A stretch of DNA of 64,000 nt from Iphione sp. A-MEVVRFRX5 (Eukaryota): contig OZ320316.1 in the NCBI GenBank assembly GCA_976226885.1, positions 92,628,001-92,692,000 of the forward strand, in the 5' to 3' direction. A model generated the notes under the pieces. The model saw only the letters and a list, made by a program, of their open reading frames with translations, ran no database searches and was not told the origin of the DNA. Both the position numbers and the translations under genes were made by a program. This document shows, piece by piece, positions 14,300 through 27,850 of this stretch; position 1 is the stretch's first letter, and each line of letters opens with the position of its first letter.

Positions 14300-14620
14300 A
14301 TGTAACTATAACATAACTGCAGGAAGACGGGATGGCAAAATAGAAGGCAGAACACATGGGAAAGGAAAATAGTCGAGCGGTTTTAACAAATGAAACAGAA
14401 GCTTGAGTAAAGGATGGAGATTCAAAGACAGTAGAAGGTGAAAGAGAAAGCAGAGCAGAGGGACAAGAAAGAAGAGATAGGTATGGACAATTAGAAAAGA
14501 AAGTGACAAAGGCGGACAAGGACAGATGCATAGGAAGAGGGGACAACGAGAATAGGAAACGAAATTCAGAGTCAGGCAAACGGGAAGAAATGGGAAAAAT
14601 ACAATGGTGGTTGCTAACAA
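14300..14620. repeat. Degenerate purine-rich low-complexity tract
   Basis: A/G-dominated plus strand; followed by a C/T-rich tract at about 14770-14950. Confidence 0.6.
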
Positions 14621-16285
14621 AGCAGAACCGACCGTACAACTGTTTACACGAGGAAGTGGGGGGTTCGCATAAGGACCAGAGCGTACCACAGCAATCAATA
14701 CGCTTGTGCTTTCAATAGGACAGCCAAATCTGCTGCCGCATAGGTTCTCATCCACAAAGGTGGCGCAGTACAACTATCTCTCTCCTCTTCCTCCCGCGTC
14801 TGTCATAAAATCTATCTCGCTGTAAGTATTTATGCTTCCTTTTCTGACACTATCAAATCCTCGATTTCTCTTCCCATACCTTCTCCCTCCATCACATCAG
14901 ACTTTGTCGTTCTTCGTTTCTATACCCCTGTGTCTATGCACGCCTCCAGATTTGTTTCGTCTCGGCTTCACGACAGCTTCAGTTGTGAAAATAATACATA
15001 ATAAATTATTTTAAAAATTACTGTATACTGGCAGCAGTAATTGCCAATGTTAGTGGCAATCGTTTATACATAACCGCGCCCATGGGATAGCACTGGCGTT
15101 TTAGAAGCTGTTGAAGCCTTACAACAAAAAAGCTTAGTGATCCTGGGGGGGAAGAGCAAAAAAAATACCTCGGGAGGTGACTGTCCAATACTTATCCTAA
15201 TAAATGAAGATGGAGGAGGAAGGAAGGAGGTGGAGAGATGGACTGAGGTTAGAGGTCTTGTTCAAAAAGCCAACGTGGTTCCGTTGTCATAGAAACCAGC
15301 TAACACCCCCCCCCGCCAGCCCAACCAAACAAACTGCATCAACGTTGAAGGTGGTAGTTCCTGGTTGCTGGTTAAGGAGACAAATGATTGGTACTTTATC
15401 GAATGTCGAAATAAGCATTCACAGAAACTCCACACCCGAGGCACCAGTTAACAAGAGACAAATTACTAGGACCTTCTCGGGGTTCTTCAATGTTTCCGCC
15501 AGTAAATGTACCAAAGGTCAACTGTCTTAACCAGGCAGCTGGCTTTGACGTTCCCTTGAACTGAACAGTTACGCCAAGTCGAGCTCAATATTCTAACCAT
15601 ATGAAGTTCTGTAAATATTCCAAATAGGTTTGTGATAAAAAGATATTCGGACACTACAATGATCTAACAATAATCATATTCTAGACATGAAATCAGATCG
15701 TTTCTTCGGTTTAGTCCCTCCATATTTTGTTTCCGTCGATTATTAAGTCACAAGTTTCTACCTTAAGTTTGTCACTGAAGTCCTGAAAAGCCTACGCTTG
15801 TTTCTGTCGATATATTTCTATGTCCAGGCTATCCAGGACGCTGCTTTCATTCTATTTGTCTTCTATTCATAATTATCCTTTCTGCGCACTTAATGTATTA
15901 CATCCTGTACTATTTTGTGTTTCTTTCCTCCTGGGATATCAAAATAATTTATATTCTTTGTGACAAGTTGAAGATGTGTAAGCATCAGTTTTATCTAATA
16001 ACGTTAGGACGTGGCAATGCTCCTCTTTCTCTGACATGCAGAGTTTTATCTAATAAATCTGCATTGAGTTAGTCGCTTATCTATGAGATCTACACATTCT
16101 CACAAGGCTCTCGAACAAATCCTTATATTCTTGTAATCTGTGTACATTTGGATTAGCAAACGTAACGTTCATCTGGCTACCGTATCCGTCTGTGTACCAA
16201 TTGTAAAATTATCTATTCCACCATGTATTTCCTTTGATCTTGATAAAACTAAATTATTAAGAGTAATGAACGATTGCATACTTAC

Positions 16286-16417
16286 CTTGTTGGCCATACT
16301 CTGCAGGAAGCACATGCGGTTGCCGAAACCTTCGGCAGCCAGGCACACCCTCTCCCCATTGGTGTTGCCTTCTTTCGATGTCACTGCTGAAGTACAGCTC
16401 AGACATATCATATCCTC
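16286..16417 (-). CDS. RyR: Ryanodine receptor coding exon (equivalent to vertebrate RYR exon 2), 132 nt, phase 0/0
   Basis: Translates [44 protein letters not shown], containing the diagnostic [14 protein letters not shown]. Acceptor ttccccttcttttcttgtggcttgcAG and donor AAG|GTAAGT. Confidence 0.96.
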
Positions 16418-19400
16418 CTGCAAGCCACAAGAAAAGAAGGGGAAATCAATCAATAGAAGAAACGCACTTAAATCAATAAATCTCGAAAGAGTTAAAGAAA
16501 TGGATACATGTTAATGTGCTGGATACAATTGGCTTTCACTGCTGGCCATATATTTCATATTCTGGTCAGACCCTGGTACATCTGTACTTCTTCAAGCTGT
16601 CCTTAATTGTTGTCGTTTCGACAATTCGGCATTCTAATTAACTAGGTTAGACAGTAGCTGTTCTTTACAAAATTGTAATTAATTCTGGACTTGTCCACCT
16701 TTTGGTTCGCCCGCACTGTGGCATTTGAATGTATTACAACCTACCCTTCAGCTGTATCGTGACCATAGCGATCTTTGAATTACACCGATCATAGTTACTG
16801 CTTTGAATGCATTTTAGTTAAGGTCCAACTTAATTGGAGGATAGCACACATATGAGCTGATATGTAGTACTCTGAAACAATGTGCAATATATGGCTCAAA
16901 GCTTAGCAGCCCAGTTCCTGAAGAATGGTGACGCCAATTTACTCTAAACCCACATCCAGGCATCAGGATGCATTGACTATACCATTTTAGATGGGAATTT
17001 GGAGTCCCAAGTCCGTAATGGTCAGACAGAAATAAGATAGGACCGATATCAAACAGGGATGCACTGACTATACAGAATCCAAATTAGTCTGGCAGACCTA
17101 AAATCATTTTCACTAGCTCCTATTCTATAAATTATTATGAGATTACAGTGCATGTGAGAACGTTTAATTAGTAAATAAAAAAGGTTCTGTGTATCCGGTA
17201 ACCCACTCGACCCTACATTAGAACCAATAGTAAGATTTTATTTCTTTTCTTCTTTTGTGAATCCCTCTGGAATAAATACATCATCTTGATGCTTACATTA
17301 TTAGCTTTCATTTGATATATTTCATTAGAATTGAAGCAGAAGAACTAATCTTAAATCCTTATTTGTTACTTTGTGTACTAATTCACACTGCAAAAAATGA
17401 AAAATAAAAAGAAATGCCACCTACTGACTGACCCTACATTTTTTCAGCCTGTTACTGGAAACACAGAACCATTTTTCGTAGGCCTTGGGACTAAACCGAG
17501 ACCACATAGATGAGTGAGGGTCTTAGCCCACACAAGACAGTGAACCTGTTAACATCGAAAGATATGAAAAAATGGAGAACGAGAAAAAACACGAGGGAGT
17601 GAGAAATGGACAAGAAGGAGAAGCAGAGAGGAAGACAGGAATGTAGCGACAGACACAGACCGAGAGAAGGAATAGAGAAGAATTGAGGTACAGGTAACCA
17701 GCGACATAGAAACATTTTGATCAAACAATAATACACATGGTTTAAAACAAAAAGGGATTTGAAACAAGCAGATGGAAGCACAACGAAAACAGGCTTTCGC
17801 CAGTAGTTATTTCCCTAATATGTCGTGGCTCTCCTAATCACCAACACTTTAATCTATCATAGAAAAGAACGAACGAAAACATCAAACGACTCTGGCTAGG
17901 AAAAATCTCTGCGAGTTCAGATGTTAGCCAATTCTATTGCCCATTGACATTGCAGAGGTTTCAAATAATATTATATTTTCGCGGGCCATTCGGTGGACCA
18001 CGCTGATGCCCTCCAACCAAAGAAGATAGCAATCGTTTAAATGGGTGAAAAATAGCAGCTGTCTGGCCGCGGGAGGTGCAACAACCTCCCATAGACAGGG
18101 AGTGGGCCGTAGGCAGAAGGTGTGAAGAACACTACAATATTGCTGCATATAGGGGCAGAGGAGGTAGGGAAAGGCGAGCATCTCCTGGTTAATTATGTTG
18201 CTGAAGACAAAGCCTGTCGACTTGTTTTATCAGCCTTCGAGTGAGGACAATGGATGCTGGGAAAGGGGAGAAGGCGGGAAGATGGCAGGGATGGAAGCAC
18301 GAGGTAGTTAATTGGGATGATTCAAGGCCTGAATAATACAACGGTCTATTACTTTCGGACAGAGGCCGGATGTGTGTGTGCGTGTCTGCGTTTACATGCC
18401 GGGCGGAGGATGTTTGTGGTAGGTGCGTTTACTCTGTCTGGAACTACATGCTGTGTACATGTGGGTAAGTGTGCAAGCCAGATTTATGTTACATAATAAC
18501 GTGTGAAACGCTATACAAACACATTAGTATGCACATACTTCCTGAGGACTTTAGCCACATGATACGCACATGAAGGGTCGGGCAGCTATTACCCTGATTT
18601 AACGAGCTAGTTAATTACAATTTAAGGTCGGTGTAATTTAATATGGCGTATACGTGTGCTGTTGTTCTTAGGTTGAGAACGGCAAACGTTGATTAACATG
18701 GTTCAATGTCATTCCTTACTAGGAGCCTCATAATATGGATCCGAGCAATCGGGAAACAAATCTACATTTGAAGCCTTTCTCTACGACTGAAGCTTTCTTT
18801 TATATTTATTCCGGATGCTGGCCGGAACGGAAGAGACCTTCCTGAAACATGGAGTGTCTGGAATTTCCTGAAGGACTAAAACTATCAGCGAGGGTCCTGA
18901 GACTCGAGAGGCAGACTCTCTGGAAGCGGGTGAATGTTGAAAAATATGAGAAGCTCCTCCAGTCTCAACACGTGTAGTTGAGTTAGCGGGGGGCCTGTGA
19001 TCTCGGCGATGTCAGGCCGGCAACAATTCTTGGGTAATTGCCAGTGATTAGTGCGGTAATGACAGGATTTAACGCCAGAGAGAAATCACCTAACGAGGAA
19101 AGACAGAGGGAACGAGAACCGACAGAATGATATCTTGGGAAGAGGTGGAGTAGGGCATGAATGAGGAAAGGAGTATGGGAGTATGACATGTGTAATTATG
19201 CTGGTGAGTTGTCTTGACGGCCGTAATGACGTACCAATGAAAATTTCAAGTTTACTTCAACGGGAACACTATTATGGGATTTACCTAAATGAAGAATACT
19301 ATTGCGGATATGCTCCGCCGATGGAAGTGTTCCGCATACCTATGTTCTGCCAAGTGTATATTGCTCTGCCGCTTATGATTACATGTATACAAAGGTTTTT

Positions 19401-22120
19401 ATGCAGAGTAAAGTGCAGTAAAGTAGAATATAAGCACGGAGAAAAGTAAAGAAACGAGCAGATAGAAACTGACTTAAACACATAGGACTAAAGGGACAGA
19501 AAAATAGGCCAGAAGACAAGGAAAGGAAAGACAGAGTGAGACAATGATACGGAATAGATTGGCAGGGACGTAACAACAAGCAAGTGGGCCTATAAACCTA
19601 CGGTGTCGCCTTAAGCAACGGTCTTTCGTCATCCCAGACCAGACCATAGGGGCGTGCAATAAAGGAAACGGGCCAGACCAGAAGTGCAAGCAGAGGAAGC
19701 TAAGGAGACGCAGAAGAGAGTGAATGACAAACAAGCAGACAGAGGTAGTCGCCGCGTCGTCCGAAGGACTTCCTGCAAGGCCAGGGCCAAGGGCTCAAGA
19801 CTTGGATCACCGAGGAATAAGGAGGGAGTCGGTAATGAGCATCTCCTGCGGCTATCCCTCTGCCTTGTCGAACGGTTCAGCTCGTTAGGCCTGAGAAGCA
19901 CATGGCGCAAACGAGGTCCACCGGATCTACTCTCTTTCTCTTGGCATGAGCGTAGCTTGCCTGGAGGCATTGCCTCTGAACCAGGCAGCTGCCCTCTCAG
20001 TTATTTTACCGGCATGGGTAATGTGATGGTGGTACTTGAACAATGGGAGTATATTCCATCTGTTCTGGGTGTAGTATATGTGATCAAGCAAGATGACGGA
20101 CACACAAAACGGTAGCATGGGGTACGTCGTATGACCTTTTCCCTTCAAATCCTTCATAAACCTTTCAGTAGACTTCCTATGATGTCTACGCGTAAGTATA
20201 TCACGTATGCCTGTACTAATAGCGAGCATGTCCATGGTTCACTAGATAGCTCGTCTCTGATACAGGCAAGAAGCATAGCATTGAGGTTCTTTCCTTATTG
20301 CTAATGGCGGTATTGTTAGTTACAGTCACTCGTTTACCTGGCTGACGTACTGGGTCCAACCCCACAGCCGGTAGCAGATACATCCACAATCTTTCAACCA
20401 ATATCCCATTCATCGTACACGAAGACCGATGCTTATAATATTGATCATCGTCCTAACATCACAATAACTGCAGAATTTGTAGGGATGAATTATGTGGATT
20501 GAAACACAAATTCATTTTATCCATTTTAGAGTCCTTAAAACAGTGTTTTTCTTACTTTTAGCATCGTCAGCCGTACTCAATTACCTCGGTTCATCGAGCA
20601 TATTCACACACAATACCACTTCCATTAAAGCAAATGCCTTCTCAATCCATCACAACCATAAAGAAAAAAATACACACGCAATAAGCTACGCTTAAATCCC
20701 TTAACTAACAATAGCATGCTTAAAACACGGCTGACGGGTAATAGCGGTTGATTCCATGCTCAGATGGCCTGTATGAGTACAATATACTGCTATCGATGCA
20801 GTCATGGTCCGGGAACGTTATGCCCAAACGTCAGGTCTAACTCACTCTTGTGTACCAGCTAGACCGCACAAAGTAAGCGAACACCCCTGGAGAGGCCGGT
20901 ACAGATCAGAAGCATTCTGTGCCGGGTGTTGCGTGAGAGCTGGACCGTTCGTAAACATGCCTCCACACCCACGCCAGACTCTCCTCAAGGGGGAGCTTCA
21001 CAAAGGCCGAACGGGCTGTTAACACACGGAGGCAGATGGAATAGCCCAATGCAAAACCCTTAGTGGCCATGTTCTTAATCCAGTCAATATTTAACGCCAC
21101 TGCCTCTGGCAATGGGTCTTTTGGAGAGGGAGTAGCAGCTACATGACCTACAAGGGGCGGTGGCTGCATTTCGGGCAAGTTATGGTCTCACGCGCAAAGG
21201 ACTCCATACTCTTATGGGTCCTCTTGGAAAAAAAGGGGGGGGGGGAGATCGTGAAATGAAGTTAGATACAGTGGGGTTTATCAAATCATGATAAAGGGAT
21301 GGAAGAGGGCAAAAATAATTTCAGATTAAGAGAGGTAGAGGATAAGAAGATGAACTGCTTAAATGAAAGTGACATGGGAAAAAAAGCCAAAGCCTTATTG
21401 TGAGAAAGAAAGGAGGAAGGTAACGTGGATGGTAGAGAACCGCAGGCCACTATCGGTTAATATCTAAAACTGTTACCAATACTCCGTAAACGGACAAAAC
21501 AAATCATGTGGAAGCTTTCTATCAATTATGTAATAAAATCATCCTATCATCGCAAGACTGCAGGAGTCTGTACTCAACCTTGTTACGAATGAACATCTAG
21601 CGTGGCCGTCAACTGGAAGCCACCCACATCACTATGGCCGTGTTTGATAAATGATTGCCTTGTGATCTGATGTGTTATTGATTTCTATTGGGGCAGGTAT
21701 CAGACAATAAAGATAAGCCCCTGCTGGCCCCATGTAGACAGAACGGGCTTTTTGGAAATAAAATGTCACAGGACTTTTGTATATTATTTACTCGCAGGGA
21801 AGCAATGTGAGGGAGTGTATGACATGTATGCATATACATGTGCCCATTACCCAACCAACGTTAGTTTTTTCGTGTGAAAAACATGCTTCGGAGGAACAAA
21901 GATGCAATATTTTATTCCTTATTTACTTGTGCAATAGGATCGAGTGATGGACCAGAATAGATAAAACACCAACAGACGTATATTATGCTTTTACACGCAT
22001 TTATATATGAATATTGTATCATGTATACTTATGTCTGTACACTATTAAGCAAGCAATTTCGGTGCCCCAGTGGGGGGGCGTGACTAATTTTCATCATCAC
22101 GTAAGGAAACAGCGGTGAAA

Positions 22121-22122
<2 letters not shown>

Positions 22123-22192
<70 letters not shown>
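22123..22192. repeat. (AG)35 microsatellite
   Basis: Perfect dinucleotide run read directly. Confidence 0.97.
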
Positions 22193-22196
<4 letters not shown>

Positions 22197-24570
22197 GACC
22201 AGCGGGGTTCTTGCTTTCTATAAATAGCGTTGCCGGTCAACTGCAGGTTAACTACTTCAGCGTATGCAGGAACCAATTCATGCTGAAGGACAGGAGAGAG
22301 ACTGAGGTTAAGTGCTCCGGCTGACAGCATCCTATGCACCTGTCAGGTTGGTTCCAACATACAACCCTTTCGTTATGCCAGGTTGCCTTGAGAAACCGTT
22401 GTTTGTACCCAATAAAACCATGGCGACAGATTTCCTCATAACTATCTGGTTTCTAGGTCAAAGGTTTAGTTTTACCGGTACGAATATTTACTTATGAATC
22501 CTGTATAAATATATTGGCATGTATTGTGTTCAACTTAGTGACTCAGAAAAATGTCCATTTACGGCATATGGGTAAAACATGTACTTAGCAATTATTCCGT
22601 CCTGTACACAGCCAACGGATAGCTTTATAAATTAGACATTATATTTTATTTTAAGGCACCATTTATATTGTACTAGGTTTATTCTGGTATACAATTCAGT
22701 AAACATACTTTAATAAGGTCATCCTTGATTCTATATTGAAGGTGTCTGAAGGATGATCGTACCCGGGGAGTAATAACAGTGGCACACATATAGAAAATTG
22801 CTATTGCATTGTTAGTAGTTCATACCACGTACACTAAAAACACATAAACCATGATGCGGTAGACCTGTTTGTTTTGTATATTCCACAGGAGAACACGCAC
22901 GGTTATGTAGATACTGTTAAATATAGCCACTGTTTAAACAAATAAATGATGAGGCCAAGGAGACCTCTAAAACACTGCTTAAAATATCTCTATTTTTTCG
23001 TATAACTGCTGTCTAGTGGGTTAGTTTATGGCGAAGTGGTATTTTTTTTATACATGAACTGCAAACGATGTTCTGGAATGCATTCCAGATGTTTAAACAG
23101 AGGTTACGTTCAAGAATTTGTGCTGCCCTAAGAAAACGACTTGTTGACGTAGTAGCAAGTCTTGGCGAACTGGAAGACCTACAGTATATTCTCGCCAAAA
23201 CAGATAAAATCTACTTTGAATTGTTGAATAATATCTATGTTTGTCGTCAAATGTTAAGTTTATGGAGTTTATCTGTATGTGCTGCAATACATTCTCTCAT
23301 ATCTGCCAGTACTCATAACCCCAAAACAAAGCCTTAGATCATTGGGGAGCACGGTTATCACTGGATCGATGTAATGGATTTCTTTTGTGCCGTTTCTGAG
23401 GATGTCAGTTTGTTATTTTACCACGACAATTACGATCCTAAGAAAGATCCAAAAATAATCTGTGGGTCGACCTTATATGTCTACAGGTGCGCTGGGAAAC
23501 ATCAGAGCAAAACACCCTCGGATGATGTATCTGGCTGAGTTGTTTGTGGTGAACGCCCACCGCCTGACGTCACTAGAATAGACGCCGGAACGGCTCTCAG
23601 GTAGTAAACATTGGCGGCGGGTAGTTGTAGGGGTAAAGAAGATGGAAATCCATACACATACATACGCACACACTCACACGTACGCCTTATGCAGAAGCAA
23701 TACTACGCAAACAGAAGCAGCGGTCAACGAATGTATAAATAGGATATGGGTTTATAATCATGTCGATGACCATTTAGTCATCAATACATTTGCTCGCGAT
23801 TGTTTCGGTATTACTTCCACATCGACCTAAATTGACCCGACTCTTCATCGGACCGAGGAGGAGAGGTATAGAGACGGTTAGGTCTGTATGTGTGTATGGT
23901 AGACCGGACGAAGGAGGCAGAGACAGAGCCACAGAAGGAGCAAGTTAAGGAGCGACAGAACGATAGAGGGGTACCAGCTGGCAGACACAGCTACTAGACC
24001 TGCAGGTAAAATTAGATCCTATAGGATCTGCTTTAAGCTGAGACTTATACCTACACCACAGAGGACATTATTACGACCCAACGGAATATCATCAAAGGCG
24101 AAAGTAATTATCCTAATATAAAACAAAGCACCTCATGGCGATAAAATGGCTATATTAAATTGAATTCGTCACATCTACAATCAAACGTGAAACTAACAAA
24201 AAATACTTGAGAATTAGATATTTATTATGTATTTCCTTGCAGAGTATTCTATCTTGATACAATATCCATCGAAGTGTTAGCTTATGTCACGCATCCGACA
24301 CACTCCTTGAGGTCGACCTCGCCCGTGCATACATACTGGGTTGCACACTTGTACACAGTCATATACACACATATTAAAACAAACGCACACACATCCATAG
24401 ATCCTTTTCACAAAATTACAAATTTATAAGCGTAGGAGAAACATTATATCTACCTACAGTAATACCATTAAACTTCAAATATCAGAGTCACTGTTATTGC
24501 TGCTTCTATCCAATTCCATTTAGCTGGAGGACTTCTCTGGAACTGAAAGTAATTTTTCCCCATCACCTCT

Positions 24571-24708
24571 NNNNNNNNNNNNNNNNNNNNNNNNNNNNNN
24601 NNNNNNNNNNNNNNNNNNNNNNNNNNNNNNNNNNNNNNNNNNNNNNNNNNNNNNNNNNNNNNNNNNNNNNNNNNNNNNNNNNNNNNNNNNNNNNNNNNNN
24701 NNNNNNNN
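24571..24708. other. Assembly gap (138 N)
   Basis: N run flanked by ctct and ctctcc, suggesting an unresolved CT microsatellite. Confidence 0.98.
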
Positions 24709-25319
24709 CTCTCCGTCTCGCTCGGTCTCTGGCTCTCTATGGCTCTATACTAATAGCTTCAGAAAACAAGTACTGAATCACTTTACCTTCGCACTTTTTT
24801 TACCGTTTTTCATGTTTCTACTTGCATAGTTATATTAGTCGTGTTCGGACGAAGGAAACGAAATACAACCTCTACCAAATACAATCTGTTGCACACCATA
24901 TTGTTGCCCAACATAGGTTGCTCGTTGGACACACAATGTTCCCATCACTCTTTCACCACTAAGCGGTACCGAGGACCCTTTCCTTGTAGCATCCATTATT
25001 CGCAGTCAACACACACTAAAGATTGGGAGAGGGGCGAGCCCGATAACTTCCATACTGAAGTTATCAGAATTTGCCGCCAGATGGCCTCCCCCACAGCGCA
25101 TGCCCCCTTTCCTCTTCCTCTCTGAGGCCCAGACGCAAGGAGGCGTCCCGCCCAACCAGCTTCTGCGATCTGTCGATCTTTTCGTATGCTCGAGCGGGCG
25201 CTATCTGGCGTGAAAATTATCAGAGCGCCAGGGTCGACTCGATGACAGCGACGTCTACGTACATTATTGCAGATAGGAGAATATTTTGTGAGTGGCTGTG
25301 TGTGTTGCAACCTAGAGGA

Positions 25320-25920
25320 GAAAATGGTGGTAAAGTGGTGCAGCCGTGGAGGACAGGGTTTGGCTAGATGGAGGAGGTATGGTAAGGGATGATTAGTGAG
25401 GAAAGAGTACTTTAGAGGCATGGTGTAGATAGTAGTGGTGACAAATTCACTGAGGTGAGAAAGATGGGAGTAGTATTTGAAATGTGGTTGACACATAGTG
25501 CAGGGATAAAGATATGGTAAGAGAATGGTAGTGGAATGGAGGATTAATGAAAGAGTAATAAAGAATGGCAGAGATGATGGGTAAGTGGTGGAGGTATGCT
25601 TGGAGTATGGTATGTGGATGGTGAACAAAATGGTTGATAAATAGTAAATCAATGATACAGGAGCGAGAAGATGATTACAGGTGGTTCAGAATGGGATGTG
25701 GTGCACTGAAGAGATGTTAGATACTGTGGCATAGGTATAGTGGAAGAGTGGTTAAGGAGCTAACTTGGTAGATGAGTGGTGCATGATAGAGGGCCATTGG
25801 ACAAATGGTAGAAGGAGAGCAGAGTACTGGTAAAGGAATGGTGAAGGGGTAGTGAAAGGATGGCAATTGGTGCAAAGTTGGGTTCAAGGATGCTTCACGT
25901 TAGGTTGAGGTATGGTCAAA
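25320..25920. repeat. C-depleted, TGG/ATGG/GTGG-rich degenerate low-complexity tract
   Basis: Strong G over C skew on the plus strand; recurring tgg/atgg/gtag words. Confidence 0.6.
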
Positions 25921-27099
25921 GGAAGATGCCATTCATATAATATTCGGATAGCAGATAGATGGATGGTCGCCATAACCTCGTGGGGCTGTGTGTGTGAGCG
26001 CGTGTGTGTGCGCGTGTGTAAGAAAGATTGTGTATGGGTAGTTGTTTGACAGCTGTTATTAGTATAGTCGCCATTGTATAGGTTATCACGGGTCTATATC
26101 CGTGAAAGGAGACTATGAGGGAAATTACATTTGACATAGATGGGTGGAAGCTAATTTATAATAGAGTGTTATACTGCATGTCAGACACATGTGGGCTACG
26201 TGTACGCACCGTCGAGTACGTGAGAGGGGAGGAGGAGGGGTATGGTAGAAGGCAAATGGTAACCATTGTGCGGTTGCTTTCATGTCAAACAGGACAAATT
26301 GGTGGAATCTCAGGAGGAGGAGAACTGGAGTGTGGAGGTTATGTTTATAGGGGCCGCCCCTGAACGATTACTGAGAAGGAGACACTGCTGACACATGAAA
26401 GCAAGCAAGATATGATGAACACTTTCGTACCGCTGACATTAAATCACATATTCCTTTGTATTTATGTGAATAACGATATTTCCACACTGTACCATAACGC
26501 AGTGTTTATCCCTTTCTTCGTATTGAGTAGTGAGACATAATTGTATATAGAAATTAAATGAATTATCTTCTGATACTATATTTCACGATAAATATGTTTA
26601 GTATTATACCATTAATATTTGCCTGCATTCTTGGTATTGGTTTGGCCCAAGGTGTCGATGTCAACAGTCAATTGCCTCAACCTTGTCTAAAAACATTTGT
26701 TTCATCACTGATATTTACCTCCCAACAGCTCATATTTTCCTACCAACACAGGTTAAACATTTAGAACCACGGCCCCTTAATCGATCCTTACAGAACTAAT
26801 TATCCAGAACATGAAAAATGTAACTATAGAAAAAAGAACTTTAAGCACTTCCTTTTTCTTATTCGGATATAATCGTGACATTTCGCCATACTGTAAAAGC
26901 CTGTACCTGGCCTAGCAGGGGTTGCGCCGACCGACCCACGGGGTGAAACAGGAGAAATGTACTCTTTTTTCATTGTTTGCCTCCGGCTGGAACATGGCGA
27001 TACAGCATGCTACCGACTAGGTTACACTGCAGCTCGATCAATCTAAACATGGTTGGGGAGGGCGGGCGAGGCACAGGGATGAATATTTAATCTGCCATG

Positions 27100-27850
27100 G
27101 ATCTAGAAACGCGCTGTATCAATGGGAAGAGCTTGTGGCACGGCTTTGAAGACAGTGGGGGAGATGGTTAAGATGGATGTAGATATATGTAGAGGGGAAA
27201 CAGGGAAATGAGAAAAAAGCGGGGAAGATAATGTGGTATGGGGCTTTATCAGAGAAACAGGGGAAAGGATATATGTCGACAACATGAACTACCGGAAAAG
27301 GAGAAAGAGAGGCAGTGGAGAATTAAGAAGGAGGCCAGGAATGGAAACGTGGGATGGAGGGTATAGGATGGGAGCTTGTTCAGTCAATTGGAAGAGACAA
27401 ATGAGAGGCAATGAAAGACTTTTTCAAAGAACATAAGATACATTTGAGAGAAACTCCCTGCTACTAAACGCCAGCGATGGACTAAATAAAAAAGACCCTT
27501 GTGTGGAAGCCTGACAAGGGATTAAATTACGGATCAATGATATCGAATCTCCGAAATGAAAGAATGACATCGAGGAGCAGAAAGCAGCAACATAATTAAA
27601 TACTGTATAAAAGGAATCCTATATAAAGAAGAATCACACCGGAAAATTGATAAGATAACTATAAAGATTCTATAATGGGAGGGGTAGGCAGACAGGATGA
27701 CAGATAAAGGGAGTAAGACTTCGACATGAGGTAGCAGAGACAGAAACAGAAGATGAGGAAAGGCGAGGGTTATTATATGTACGTACATATAAGGACAGAG
27801 AGATTGGAGAGGAAACTGAGAGGAGCTAACGATGGATATAGATACAGAGT
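27100..27850. repeat. Degenerate purine-rich low-complexity tract
   Basis: A/G-dominated plus strand. Confidence 0.6.

Larger units (their letters stand above)
1061..16285 (-). other. RyR: RyR intron (15,225 bp, GT-AG, phase 0)
   Basis: GTAAGT donor at 16285-16280 and CAG acceptor ending at 1061. The flanking exons join in frame (...QSMANK|ELPFD...) at the position of the recalled vertebrate exon 2/3 junction. Confidence 0.9.

Noticed and set aside
19629-20235. 113-143-aa ORFs on both strands
   Set aside because: No domain similarity, biased composition, no consistent splice signals.
20906-21178. WIKN...LTARSAFVKL resembling a LINE RT segment
   Set aside because: Requires a large insertion, and no PQG or YADD motifs follow.
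23073-23088. 16-bp palindrome CTGGAATGCATTCCAG
   Set aside because: About one is expected by chance in 64 kb.
24996-25652. Longest ORF (218 aa)
   Set aside because: Arises from a skewed low-complexity tract; H/T/L/P-rich with no homology.
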